A stretch of 64,000 nt of DNA from an uncultured delta proteobacterium (GCA_963711565.1 CAVQEQ010000003.1:1472001-1536000), one strand, 5' to 3'; shown: positions 1 to 9,972, numbered from the stretch's first letter. A program made the numbers and translations. Notes: a model not told the origin generated them from the sequence alone.

Positions 1-68
1 CTCGCTTCGTTCGCAATCTCCGCCCCAAAGCCTGACTTCGCATCGCGCGCAATCAACATCAAATCGAG

Positions 69-1241
69 ATGCCGCTGGCTAGACAGCAAGCGCTCGCGGC
101 CCACGCGATCCGCGCCGTTGCCAACACGATCCTCCAGGGAGCGGCACGAAGCGCATGGCCGCGGGGGCGACCGCTCGAGGCGGACCGCGTCTGTATCTAC
201 CGGATCGGAAATATCGGCGACGCCACCTGCGCGATCCCCGCGATGCATGCGATTCGGCGCGCCTACCCCGCCGCGCATCTGACGCTGGTGACGTCACCGG
301 GCAAGGCGGGCTTAGTCGGCGCGCGCGAGCTGCTAGACGGCGTGAGCTGGCTCGATGAGATCGTCGTCTATCACGCCGAAGATATCGCGACCGCGCGGGG
401 CCGGCTCGAGCTGGTGCGCAACCTGCGCGCGCGCAAGTTCGATGTATGGATCGAGTTGCCGGTCGTCGCGGCTCCGCTGGCAACGTTATTCCGTAATCTG
501 CTTGTGGCGCGTTCGGCGGGCGTTCGATGGGGATTCGGGTGGCGCTACGAACCCCGGTTTGCGGCGCGGTCGCAAACTCTGTTCAACGATTTCCCCGACG
601 AGGTGGAGCGATTGCTCGCGATCGTACGGGCCGCAGGATTCGCGGCTGACGATGCCGAATTTCCGCTTGAGCTCGACGACTCGAATCGGCGAACCGTGAC
701 CGCGTTGCTCGATGAAGCGGGCATGGCCGAACCGATGATCGCGTTCGCGCCCGGAGCGAAGCTGGAACCGAATCGATGGCCCGTCGATCGGTTTATCGAG
801 GTTGGGAAAAGCCTGGCGGCGCGCGGCTACGCGATCGTCGTGCTCGGCGGCTCGTCCGAAGCCGCGATGTGCGAGCGGATCGCAAAGGCGATCGGCCGCA
901 ACTGCGCGAGCCTCGCGGGCAAAACCACGGTGCGCGATTCATGCGAAGTGCTCACGCGCTGCACGATGCTGGTGTGCAACGACTCCGGCGTGCAGCATCT
1001 TGCCGCCGCCGTCGGCACGCCGTGCGTCTCACTCTTCACCCGCCGCGAATTCCCCGGCATGTGGTGGCCGCACGGTCCGCAGCACGAAGTGCTGTTGAAG
1101 GACGTTGAGTGCCACACCTGCTTTCTCGATTCGTGCCCGTACGACAACAAATGCATCAAGGCGATCGGCGTCGATGAAGTATTCGCGGCGGCCGGGCGCG
1201 TCCTCGCGCGCCAACCCAGTTCGAAACCGCAGGTCGCGTGA
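69..1241 (+). CDS. Glycosyltransferase family 9 (heptosyltransferase-like)
   Basis: GNIGD N-terminal motif, APGAK..RW, NDSGVQHLAAAVGTPCVSLF, C-terminal CxxC..C..C; start uncertain. Confidence 0.88.
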   Translation: MPLARQQALAAHAIRAVANTILQGAARSAWPRGRPLEADRVCIYRIGNIGDATCAIPAMHAIRRAYPAAHLTLVTSPGKAGLVGARELLDGVSWLDEIVVYHAEDIATARGRLELVRNLRARKFDVWIELPVVAAPLATLFRNLLVARSAGVRWGFGWRYEPRFAARSQTLFNDFPDEVERLLAIVRAAGFAADDAEFPLELDDSNRRTVTALLDEAGMAEPMIAFAPGAKLEPNRWPVDRFIEVGKSLAARGYAIVVLGGSSEAAMCERIAKAIGRNCASLAGKTTVRDSCEVLTRCTMLVCNDSGVQHLAAAVGTPCVSLFTRREFPGMWWPHGPQHEVLLKDVECHTCFLDSCPYDNKCIKAIGVDEVFAAAGRVLARQPSSKPQVA

Positions 1242-1243
1242 GG

Positions 1244-2461
1244 ATGGACGGCAGCTACCGCGTCGCGTGCCTGGTCAGTCATCCGATCCAGTACCAGGCG
1301 CCGCTGTTCCGTTATCTTGCGGCGCATCCGGGAATCGATCTGACCGTTTTTTTCCTGAGCGACCTGTCGATCTACGCGTATCACGATTCGGGTTTTGGCG
1401 TGGACGTAAAGTGGGACGTGCCGCTGCTCGACGGCTACCGCCATGATTTTTTGCCGCGCATCGGCTCCGGGAGCGGGCTATCTTTCTGGCGGCCGTGGAC
1501 GTTCGGGCTGCGCACGCGACTGCGGCGCGGCCGCTTCGACGCGTTGTGGGTCCACGGCTATGCGCATCGCGGATGCCTCGCGGGTATCGCGGCGGCGAAG
1601 TCGCTTGGAATGCAAGTAATGCTGCGCGGGGAATCCAACCTGCCGAGCGAGACCGATGACGCGCTGAAGCTGGGCGTCAAGCGAGTCGCGATGCCCGCGC
1701 TGCTGCGGACGATTGACGGCGTGCTCGCGATCGGGCGGCTCAATCGCGAGTACTATCTTCATTACGGGGTCGAAGCCGGCCGGATTTTCCCGATGCCCTA
1801 CGCAGTGGACAACGAATTTTTTCGCTGTGCAGCGGAGCGCGCGCGGCCGCAGCGCGAAGAGTTGCGTGCGGAGCTTGGATTGAAGCCGGGACGCGCGGTG
1901 ATCCTGTTCGCCTCGAAGATGCAGCCGCACAAGCGCGCCGCCGACCTGCTCGAAGCCTACGCGCGACTGTCACCCAACGGCGTTGCCGAACCCGCGCCGT
2001 ACCTGGTCTTCGCCGGCGACGGCGAGGAGCGGGTTAATCTCGAACGCCGCGCGCGCGAACTGAAATGGGACTCGGTCCGCTTCATTGGCTTTCGCAACCA
2101 GTCCGAACTTCCGGCCCTGTACGATTTATGCGACGTGTTCGTGCTGCCCTCCGAGCACGAGCCGTGGGGACTCGTCGTCAACGAAGCGATGAACGCGGGC
2201 AAGCCGTTGGTCGTGAGCGATCGCGTAGGCGCGGGGCCGGATTTGATCGAGGACGGCGTCAGCGGATTCATATATCCGGTACGTGACATCGCATCGCTCG
2301 CGGATCGGCTGCGGCGGCTAATCGACAGCCCCGAGCATCGCATCGCGATGGGCGAGCGCTCGCTCGAAAAGGTGGCGCGCCTTGATTTCGCAGCGGATAG
2401 TCAGGGCCTGCTCAGCGCGCTCGATTCCATTGTCGGCAAGAAAGCGCGCGCCGCGGCGTGA
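1244..2461 (+). CDS. Glycosyltransferase family 4
   Basis: SHPIQYQAP N-terminus, LPSEHEPWGLVVNEAMNAG (EX7E); GTG at 1238 is an alternative start. Confidence 0.9.
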   Translation: MDGSYRVACLVSHPIQYQAPLFRYLAAHPGIDLTVFFLSDLSIYAYHDSGFGVDVKWDVPLLDGYRHDFLPRIGSGSGLSFWRPWTFGLRTRLRRGRFDALWVHGYAHRGCLAGIAAAKSLGMQVMLRGESNLPSETDDALKLGVKRVAMPALLRTIDGVLAIGRLNREYYLHYGVEAGRIFPMPYAVDNEFFRCAAERARPQREELRAELGLKPGRAVILFASKMQPHKRAADLLEAYARLSPNGVAEPAPYLVFAGDGEERVNLERRARELKWDSVRFIGFRNQSELPALYDLCDVFVLPSEHEPWGLVVNEAMNAGKPLVVSDRVGAGPDLIEDGVSGFIYPVRDIASLADRLRRLIDSPEHRIAMGERSLEKVARLDFAADSQGLLSALDSIVGKKARAAA

Positions 2462-2481
2462 AGTGATTGACGCCGCACTCA

Positions 2482-3828
2482 ATGAAGACTTTGCACCTTC
2501 CGTTCTGCTTCTATCCTGATCCGGTTGGTGGCACCGAGATTTACGTCGAAGCTCTCGCCGTCTGCCTGCGCAAGTTGGACGTTGAGGCGGAAGTCGCGGT
2601 ACCCGCCACTGACCAGCGTTCATATCGATACAACGACCTGACGGTGCATCGATTCGAGACCGGGACTCCCAGCTTGGCCGACTTATACGGCCCTGGCGAT
2701 CCGGTTGCGGCACGGTCGTTTGCAAAGGTCCTCGAGTCCTGCGCACCCGACGTGGTGCACCTGCATTCCTGGACCACCGGGGTATCACTCAGGCTGCTGC
2801 GCACCGTCAAAGCAGCGGGCATCCCGGTCGTGTTCACCTATCACACGCCCACCGTCACTTGCGCCCGCGGAACTCTGTTGCGATGGGGCAGCGAGCAATG
2901 CGATGGCGACCTCAAGTCGGCGCCATGTGCCGCTTGCATGCTTAACGGCAAAGGACTTAGTCGCGCACTCAGCACCGCGTTGGCCAGTATTCCTGTCGCC
3001 GTAGGCAAGCGCGTCGGCGAGCTCAGGCTGAATGGAAAACTAATGACCGCGGTCCGCGCGTCGGAGCTGATACAACTACACCACGACGCCGTGAAGGGTC
3101 TGTTCGCGGAAGCTGACGCAATCGTCGCGGTCAGCAACTGGGTTTACGATTTGATCGTGCGAAACGGTACGGACAAGTCCAAGCTGACGATCTCGCGTCA
3201 TGCGCTGCGCGACTCGGCTGAGTTGAATCATCCGGCCCAACCTCGAAGGGCTGATGAGGACATCCGCATCGCCTTCGTGGGGAGGCTGGCGCGCGAAAAA
3301 GGCATCGACATTCTCCTCGAGGCGATGCGGCGAATCACCAGCCCCCGCCTCAAGCTTGATATATTCGGCCTGGCAGTTGACAGCGAAGCGGAATCCCTCA
3401 AGCAGAGCGTGGTGAACGCCGGCGATCGACGCATCCGGCTGCTTCCGCCATTTCCCAACGCGAATGCGATTTCCGAACTTGGCGCGTACGATTGTCTCGC
3501 CGTCCCTTCGCAGTGGTTAGAGACGGGTCCGCTGGTAGTGCTGGAGGCATTCGCCGCGGGTATTCCGATCGTCGGCTCGAATTTAGGTGGAATCGCGGAG
3601 CTGGTGGAGGACGAGAAAAACGGATTGCTGGTCGAGCCTGCTTCGATCGAGGCCTGGGTCACGGCGTTCAATCGATTGCTCACGGAACCAGGGCTGTTGT
3701 CCCGGCTTCGACTTGGTATCCCGAAGGTTCGAACGATGGATCAAGTCGCGGTCGAGATGTTAGCCCTGTACCGCCGGCTTGCGCCGTCGGTTCTGCCGTT
3801 CACCGCGCTGGAAGAACGCCCGCAATGA
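2482..3828 (+). CDS. Glycosyltransferase family 4
   Basis: GGTEIY, PDVVHLH, VPSQWLETGPLVVLEAFAAG; ends EERPQ. Confidence 0.9.
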   Translation: MKTLHLPFCFYPDPVGGTEIYVEALAVCLRKLDVEAEVAVPATDQRSYRYNDLTVHRFETGTPSLADLYGPGDPVAARSFAKVLESCAPDVVHLHSWTTGVSLRLLRTVKAAGIPVVFTYHTPTVTCARGTLLRWGSEQCDGDLKSAPCAACMLNGKGLSRALSTALASIPVAVGKRVGELRLNGKLMTAVRASELIQLHHDAVKGLFAEADAIVAVSNWVYDLIVRNGTDKSKLTISRHALRDSAELNHPAQPRRADEDIRIAFVGRLAREKGIDILLEAMRRITSPRLKLDIFGLAVDSEAESLKQSVVNAGDRRIRLLPPFPNANAISELGAYDCLAVPSQWLETGPLVVLEAFAAGIPIVGSNLGGIAELVEDEKNGLLVEPASIEAWVTAFNRLLTEPGLLSRLRLGIPKVRTMDQVAVEMLALYRRLAPSVLPFTALEERPQ

Positions 3829-4856
3829 AAGTGTCAGTCGTGATCCCGACCTATAACGACGAAGGCACGATTGCGGCCACGGTCGGGAGCGCGCTGGCGC
3901 AGCGGTTCGACGGCGAGTTCGAGGTGATCGTCGTCAACGACGGATCGACCGACGGCACGCGCGCGGAACTCGCAAAGTTCGGCGATCGGATCCGGGTGAT
4001 CGATCAAGCGAACCGGGGCGTGTCGGCGGCACGCAACGCCGGCATCCAGGCGGCGGCGGGAGAATACATCGCGCTGCTGGACGGCGACGACACCTGGATG
4101 GAGGACAAGCTCGCGAAGACGGTGCCGGTCCTCGATAAAAATCCGGCGTGCGTGGCAGTGGCTTCGAACGTGATCGGCGTGGACGGCGCCGGCAGGGAAG
4201 TTTCGTATCCCGTCACTCCCGAATTCCGTCATTCGCCGACGCTCGACGAGATGCTCGACAAGTTGTGGGCGTACCTGCCCAGCGCGGTCGTCATACGACG
4301 GGAAACGCTGCAGGCGATCGGCGGCTTCTCGGAAGAATTCAAACCGGAGCATTACGCCTGCGAAGATACGTTCATCATGCTGCTGGTGCGCGAGCGCGGC
4401 GAGATCACCTACGTGCCTGATGTGCTGGTCCGGTACCGTTGCAGAGAATTCCACGCGCGCCTCGCCAATCGGCTGCGCAGCCGGCGTTTCGAGATCGATT
4501 CAGAGGATGCATTTCGCGAGTTCGAGCGCCGATACGAGGCCAATATTATTCTCGCGCGGCTGACGCGCGAGCATTTCGGCGCTCGTGGCCGCAAAATTGC
4601 CGCATTATCGATCGATAGCGTCGCCCGCGAGCTGGTCGGAGTCGGCTTGATGGCGATGCACCAGGGCGATCGCACGCTGGCGCAGCGAAGCTATCGCGCA
4701 TCGATTCGCTACAGCCCCCTGATGTTGAAAACCTGGTTGCGGCTCGGGTGGGCGATGCTTCCCGCCACAGCTGCGCGAACGCTCTCACCGATGTTTCCAC
4801 CGGGGTTGCGGCGCAGCCTCTCGGGTCCTCCAGTTATGGAGGAACGCCCGCAATGA
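3825..4856 (+). CDS. Glycosyltransferase family 2, tandem copy 1
   Basis: VSVVIPTYN, VVNDGSTD, LDGDD; ATG overlaps upstream TGA (ATGA). Confidence 0.92.
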   Translation: MKVSVVIPTYNDEGTIAATVGSALAQRFDGEFEVIVVNDGSTDGTRAELAKFGDRIRVIDQANRGVSAARNAGIQAAAGEYIALLDGDDTWMEDKLAKTVPVLDKNPACVAVASNVIGVDGAGREVSYPVTPEFRHSPTLDEMLDKLWAYLPSAVVIRRETLQAIGGFSEEFKPEHYACEDTFIMLLVRERGEITYVPDVLVRYRCREFHARLANRLRSRRFEIDSEDAFREFERRYEANIILARLTREHFGARGRKIAALSIDSVARELVGVGLMAMHQGDRTLAQRSYRASIRYSPLMLKTWLRLGWAMLPATAARTLSPMFPPGLRRSLSGPPVMEERPQ

Positions 4857-5896
4857 AAGTGTCGGCCGTGATCCCGGTCTACAACGCCCAGGGCACGATT
4901 GCGGCCGCAGTAGAGAGCGCGCTCGCGCAGCGGTTTGATGGCGGCTTAGAGGTTATCGTCGTCAACGACGGATCGACAGACGGCACGCCCGCGGTGCTGG
5001 AAAAATTCGGCGCTCGCATTGCCGTGATCGATCAGCCGCGGCAGGGCGTGTCCGCCGCGCGCAATGCCGGTATCAAGGCGGCGGCGGGCGAATATGTAGC
5101 GCTGCTGGACGCCGATGACGAGTGGACGGAGGACAAGCTCGCAAAGACGGCGCAGGTGCTCGAGCAGAACCCCTCGTGCGTCGCTGTATTCTCGGATGCG
5201 AGCGTCGTAAAAGTCCAGGGCAGGATCCTTCCGGCGAAGTATATCGGGAGTGGGTACGATCATTCGCCGACGCTCGACGAGCTGCTCAAGCCGGCGTCGT
5301 GGCCGATCCTGCCCAGCGCGACCGTGGCTCGGCGAAAGACGTTGCTTGAGATTGGAGGGTTTTCCGAGGAATTTGGAGCGGGCGACTATTACGGCGAAGA
5401 CACATTCGCGTTCTTGCTGGTGCGCGAGCGTGGCGAGATAGTCTTTGTGCCGGAGAACCTGGTGCGATACCGAATGCCGGAGTCGGAGGGAAAGCTTTCC
5501 AAGCGCATCGGCCCGCCCAATTCCAATGGCGGCCGGAATTTGCGCGGCCTCCGGGAAGATCCTCATCGGTACTTCAGAGGAAACCAGGTCTTTGCGCGGC
5601 TCATGCGCGAACGATTCGGCAATCGCGGACGCGGGCTGGCAAACGCCGCCGCCGGCGCGGCTGCGCATGGATTGGTGACGCTCGGCTTGATGGCGATGCA
5701 CGAGGACGATCGCGCGTACGCGCGGCGATGTTACCGCGCCTCGATTAGCTACAGTCCGCTGACGTTGAAAACCTGGTTCCGGCTCGGGTGGGCGATGCTT
5801 CCCGGCAAAGCTGCGCGAGTGCTGTCGCCGATTTTTCCGCCGGGCTTACGGAGGAGCTTGTCAGGTCCGCCGTTTTTGGAGGAACGCGCGCAGTGA
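4853..5896 (+). CDS. Glycosyltransferase family 2, tandem copy 2 (most divergent)
   Basis: VIPVYN, NDGSTD, LDADD; ATGA overlap, GGAGG SD. Confidence 0.92.
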   Translation: MKVSAVIPVYNAQGTIAAAVESALAQRFDGGLEVIVVNDGSTDGTPAVLEKFGARIAVIDQPRQGVSAARNAGIKAAAGEYVALLDADDEWTEDKLAKTAQVLEQNPSCVAVFSDASVVKVQGRILPAKYIGSGYDHSPTLDELLKPASWPILPSATVARRKTLLEIGGFSEEFGAGDYYGEDTFAFLLVRERGEIVFVPENLVRYRMPESEGKLSKRIGPPNSNGGRNLRGLREDPHRYFRGNQVFARLMRERFGNRGRGLANAAAGAAAHGLVTLGLMAMHEDDRAYARRCYRASISYSPLTLKTWFRLGWAMLPGKAARVLSPIFPPGLRRSLSGPPFLEERAQ

Positions 5897-6921
5897 AAGT
5901 GTCGGTCGTGATTCCGACCTATAACGACGAAGGCACGATTGCGGCCACGGTCGAGAGCGCGCTGGCACAGCGGTTCGAAGGCGAGTTCGAGGTGATCGTC
6001 GTCAACGACGGATCGACTGATGGCACGCGCGCGGAACTCGCGAAATTCGGCGATCGAATCCGGGTAATCGATCAGGAGAATGGTGGCGTATCGGTAGCGC
6101 GCAACGCCGGCATCAGAGCGGCAGCCGGAGAATATATCGCGCTGCTGGACGGCGACGATGCCTGGATGGAGGACAAGCTTAAGAAGACGGTACCGGTACT
6201 CGATAAAAATCCGGCGTGCGTGGCCGTCTTTACGAATGTGATCGGCGTGGACGGCGCGGGCCGGGAGGTTTGGCGCTATGTTTCGCCCGAATTCCAGCAT
6301 TCGCCGACCCTCGATGAGATGCTTGAGTGGCCGTGGCCGATTTTGCCCAGCGCGTTCGTCATACGGCGGGATACGCTGCAGGCGATCGGCGGCTTCTCAG
6401 AAGAATTCAAACCGCAGCATTGGGGCGGAGAAGACAATTTCCTGACGCTGCTGGTGCGGGAGCGCGGCGAAATCGCGTATGTGCCAGAGACGCTGGTCCA
6501 GTACCGCTGCCGGGACTTCCACGCACACTTCGCCAATCGGCTCCGCGGCCGGCGTTTCGAGGATTCAGCCGAGGCATTCCGCGAGTTCGAGCGCCGATTC
6601 GACGGCAGAACTATCCTTGCGCGATTGACGCTCGAGCACTTCGGCGCTCGCGGCCGCAAAATCGCCACATGGGCGATCGATACGGTCGCACGCGATCTGA
6701 TCGGAGTTGGGCTGATGGCGATGCACCAACACGATCGCGCGTTTGCACGGCGGTGCTACCTCGCATCGATTCGCCATCGTCCGCTGACGTTGAAAACCTG
6801 GTTCCGCCTCGGGTGGGCGATGCTTCCTGCCACGGCTGCGCGAACGCTCTCACCGATGTTTCCGCCGGGGTTGCGGCGCAGCCTGTCGGGTCCCCCAGTT
6901 TTGGAGGAACGCCCGCAGTGA
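5893..6921 (+). CDS. Glycosyltransferase family 2, tandem copy 3
   Basis: GTG start in GTGA overlap; same GT-A motifs. Confidence 0.92.
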   Translation: MKVSVVIPTYNDEGTIAATVESALAQRFEGEFEVIVVNDGSTDGTRAELAKFGDRIRVIDQENGGVSVARNAGIRAAAGEYIALLDGDDAWMEDKLKKTVPVLDKNPACVAVFTNVIGVDGAGREVWRYVSPEFQHSPTLDEMLEWPWPILPSAFVIRRDTLQAIGGFSEEFKPQHWGGEDNFLTLLVRERGEIAYVPETLVQYRCRDFHAHFANRLRGRRFEDSAEAFREFERRFDGRTILARLTLEHFGARGRKIATWAIDTVARDLIGVGLMAMHQHDRAFARRCYLASIRHRPLTLKTWFRLGWAMLPATAARTLSPMFPPGLRRSLSGPPVLEERPQ

Positions 6922-7949
6922 AGGTGTCGGTCGTGATTCCGACCTATAACGACGAAGGCACGATTGTGGCCACGGTCGAGAGCGCGCTGGCACAGCGGTT
7001 CGAAGGCGAATTCGAGGTGATCGTCGTCAACGACGGATCGACTGATGGTACGCGCGCGGAACTCGCAAAATTCGGCGATCGGATCCGGGTGCTCGATCAG
7101 GAGAATCGTGGCGTATCGGCGGCACGCAACGCCGGCATCCAGGCGGCGACGGGAGAATATGTCGCGCTGTTGGACGCCGACGATACGTGGACCGGGGACA
7201 AGCTCGCGAAGACGGTTCCGGTGCTCGATAGAAATCCGGCGTGTGTGGCCGTCTTTTCCAACGTAGTCGGCGTGGACGGCGCGGGCAGGGAAGTCTGGTA
7301 CTTCGTCGCGCCGGAATTCCGGCGTTCGCCCACACTCGACGAGATGCTCAATTTGTCCTGGCCGTATCTGCCCAGCGCGGTCGTCATACGGCGGGATACG
7401 CTGCTGGCGATCGGCGGCTTCTCCGAGGAATTCAAAGCTGAACATTGGGGCTGCGAAGACGTTTTCTTTATGATGATGGTGCGGGAACGCGGCGAAATCT
7501 TGTACGTGCCCGAGACGCTGGTCCGGTATCGCTGCAGAGACTTCCACGCACACTTCGCCAACCGGCTCCGCAACCGGCGTTTCGAGATGGACTCGGTGGA
7601 GGCATTCCGCGAGTTCGAGCGCCGATTCGAGGCAAACTTTATCTTTGCGCGTTTAATGCTCGAACACTTCGGCGCGCGCGGCCGCAAACATGCCACATGG
7701 GCGATCGATACCGTCGCACGCGATCTGATCGGGGTTGGGCTGATGGCGATGCATCAGGATGATCGCGCGTTTGCACGGCGGTGCTACCTCGCAGCAATTC
7801 GCCATCGTCCGCTGACGTTGAAGACCTACTGCCGACTCGCGTGGGCGATGCTTCCCGGCAAAGCAGCGCGAACGCTCTCACCGATGTTTCCACCGGGGTT
7901 GCGGCGCAGCCTGTCGGGTCCCCCAGTTTTGGAGGAACGCCCGCAATGA
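6918..7949 (+). CDS. Glycosyltransferase family 2, tandem copy 4
   Basis: GTG start in GTGA overlap; same GT-A motifs. Confidence 0.92.
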   Translation: MKVSVVIPTYNDEGTIVATVESALAQRFEGEFEVIVVNDGSTDGTRAELAKFGDRIRVLDQENRGVSAARNAGIQAATGEYVALLDADDTWTGDKLAKTVPVLDRNPACVAVFSNVVGVDGAGREVWYFVAPEFRRSPTLDEMLNLSWPYLPSAVVIRRDTLLAIGGFSEEFKAEHWGCEDVFFMMMVRERGEILYVPETLVRYRCRDFHAHFANRLRNRRFEMDSVEAFREFERRFEANFIFARLMLEHFGARGRKHATWAIDTVARDLIGVGLMAMHQDDRAFARRCYLAAIRHRPLTLKTYCRLAWAMLPGKAARTLSPMFPPGLRRSLSGPPVLEERPQ

Positions 7950-8767
7950 ACATCCTGGAGAGAGCCAGCGTTGCGATCCGGCACGCACCGGCGTTAGAAC
8001 GCGCGGACTGGTTATGGGACCGGATCCGGCCCGCGTACGACCGCATGCTGGCGACGGTCGCGCGAAGGCGCGGCCTCGAGCGCGTGATCAACGGCACCGA
8101 CCGGTTCCGGCTGAGTGCGCAGTCGCGCGGCTTCATCGCGGAAGAGTATGAGCCGGCGGTCTGGCGGCGGGTGATGCGCGAAGTCAGGGCGGGCGACCAC
8201 GTCGTGGAAGTCGGCGCGAACATGGGACTCTACGCACTGGCGTTCGCGGGACGAGTCAGAGCTGCGGGCCACGTGACGGCGTTCGAGCCCGATCCGGAGA
8301 GCGCATCAGCTCTGGAAGCCAACGTTGGCGTCAATGGCTGGCGGGACAGAGTCACCGTAATCAGAGCCGCGGTTGGTCAGAGCAACGGCCCAGTTCGATT
8401 TGCGGCGGCGCGAGGATTGGAGTCGCGAATCGAGACGCGTCCTGACGGCGGCAGCGGCGTAATCTCGGTGCCGATGGTTACGCTCGACGACGCGTTTGCG
8501 GGGCGGCGAATCGATGTCATCAAGATTGACGTTGAGGGCTTCGAGCAGAATGTAATCCAGGGCGCGCGAACCGTCCTGACGGAGGAGCGCGGGCGTCCTC
8601 GGGCGATCCTGATGGAAGTGCATCCTTTCGCGTGGGCGGAGACCGGCACGACCAGCGGGAGCTTGCTCGGTCTGCTCGACCAGGCGGGCTTCAGAGTCGA
8701 AGATATGCAAGGCGCCCCGGTTTCGAGCATCAGCGAGTACGGGCACGTTATCGCGCTGCGCAAATGA
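7946..8767 (+). CDS. FkbM-family methyltransferase
   Basis: VEVGANMGLY, AFEPDP, IDVIKIDVEGFE. Confidence 0.9.
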   Translation: MNILERASVAIRHAPALERADWLWDRIRPAYDRMLATVARRRGLERVINGTDRFRLSAQSRGFIAEEYEPAVWRRVMREVRAGDHVVEVGANMGLYALAFAGRVRAAGHVTAFEPDPESASALEANVGVNGWRDRVTVIRAAVGQSNGPVRFAAARGLESRIETRPDGGSGVISVPMVTLDDAFAGRRIDVIKIDVEGFEQNVIQGARTVLTEERGRPRAILMEVHPFAWAETGTTSGSLLGLLDQAGFRVEDMQGAPVSSISEYGHVIALRK

Positions 8768-9972
8768 AATCCCGATTACTTATCACTATATATGCTAATC
8801 CGGATTACTATCCGCCGACTGTGTATGCAGTCCGGATACTAAGTCAGTATTTCAAAATACATATTCTCAGCCGGAATATGGCCGAGCCGATCCAGGAATG
8901 GCCGCCCGATGTAACGGTCGAGCGAATGGGCGAGTACGCATCTGCACGCGGAAAAGAAGCGGCGAACCCGGGCGCAAAGCTGATCGAATACGCGAAATTT
9001 GCTGCGCGAACACGCGCGCTGATCAAGCAAATGCAGCCGGTGACCGTGTATTCGTACGACGCGCACGCCCTGGTCGCGAGCATCGCCGGGCGCGTGGGCC
9101 GGCGCTCGATACCGTTGATCTTTCAAGCCCACGAGTTGCCCGACACGCAGAAGCTCTCGTGGAGCTCGTTGGAAGGTTGGGTCCTACGGGCGGCGTTAAT
9201 CGGTACCAAGTCGGCCGATACAGTAATATTTCCGGAAAAGAACCGAGCCCGCCACTGGCTCACGGCCGCAGGCGATCCGCGCGCGCCGATAATCGTGCCG
9301 AATTGTCCCGATCGAGATTATTTTTCCCCGCCGGCAGATTGGAGCGAAACGATCGCTCGCAGGTATCGCGCACGCGAGGTGGTGTATGTCGGCTACGCGG
9401 GAGCCGAGAACGGCCACCTGGAAGGGCTGCGCGCGCTCGCGATGACGGAGGGCGGAATTCGAATGCGGGTGATTGGCGGTTATCGTCCGGAATTCAAGGC
9501 AAGCTTCAACTCGCTCGCGCGCGAGCTTGGCGTGACGGAGCGAGTCAGCCTCGATGGATGGCTGCGACAAGATGAATTGCTGGCGCGCGCGTCGGCGGCC
9601 AGCGCAGGGCTCTCGCTGCACAAAGCGACATCGAAAGGCCTCGAGTACCAGGGTTCGGCGAGCAACAAGTTGTTCGAATACGCCGCGCTGGGGTTGCCGG
9701 TGATAGTGCCGGAGCGCGCGAGCTACCGCGACTTCCTGGGCGATGCGGAATGGGTGACCTATGCGGACATCGACCAGCCGGAATCGATCGCGCACGCGAT
9801 CACGTCGCTCTTCGCGGACCGCGAGCGATACGTCGCAATGAGCCGCGCGGCGCGCCGCGCCTTCGAGGATCATTACAACTACGAGCGTATGTTCGCGCCC
9901 GCGCTCGAAAGAATCTGCACCCTCGCCGACGGCGTATCGCCCGGGATTCTCGCGCTGGCGAGTGGCGAGTGA
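8764..9972 (+). CDS. Glycosyltransferase (GT4-like)
   Basis: SNKLFEYAALGLPVI motif; ATGA coupling. Confidence 0.85.
   Translation: MKSRLLITIYANPDYYPPTVYAVRILSQYFKIHILSRNMAEPIQEWPPDVTVERMGEYASARGKEAANPGAKLIEYAKFAARTRALIKQMQPVTVYSYDAHALVASIAGRVGRRSIPLIFQAHELPDTQKLSWSSLEGWVLRAALIGTKSADTVIFPEKNRARHWLTAAGDPRAPIIVPNCPDRDYFSPPADWSETIARRYRAREVVYVGYAGAENGHLEGLRALAMTEGGIRMRVIGGYRPEFKASFNSLARELGVTERVSLDGWLRQDELLARASAASAGLSLHKATSKGLEYQGSASNKLFEYAALGLPVIVPERASYRDFLGDAEWVTYADIDQPESIAHAITSLFADRERYVAMSRAARRAFEDHYNYERMFAPALERICTLADGVSPGILALASGE

Larger units (their letters stand above)
3808..7949 (+). repeat. Tandem array of four ~1.03 kb GT2 gene units bounded by five ~21-bp direct repeats (HTGGARGAACGCSCGCARTGA)
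   Basis: Junction copies at 3808-3828, 4836-4856, 5876-5896, 6901-6921 and 7929-7949; high nucleotide similarity between gene bodies. Confidence 0.9.

Noticed and set aside
3492-7945. N-terminal extensions of the GT2/FkbM ORFs in the track
   Set aside because: They are alternate-frame readings of the upstream genes; real starts are at the SD-led ATGA/GTGA overlaps.
3808-7949. CRISPR, integron or DGR interpretation of the repeats
   Set aside because: Spacers are whole paralogous genes; no attC-like palindromes, cas, integrase or reverse transcriptase are seen, and variation does not appear restricted to adenines.
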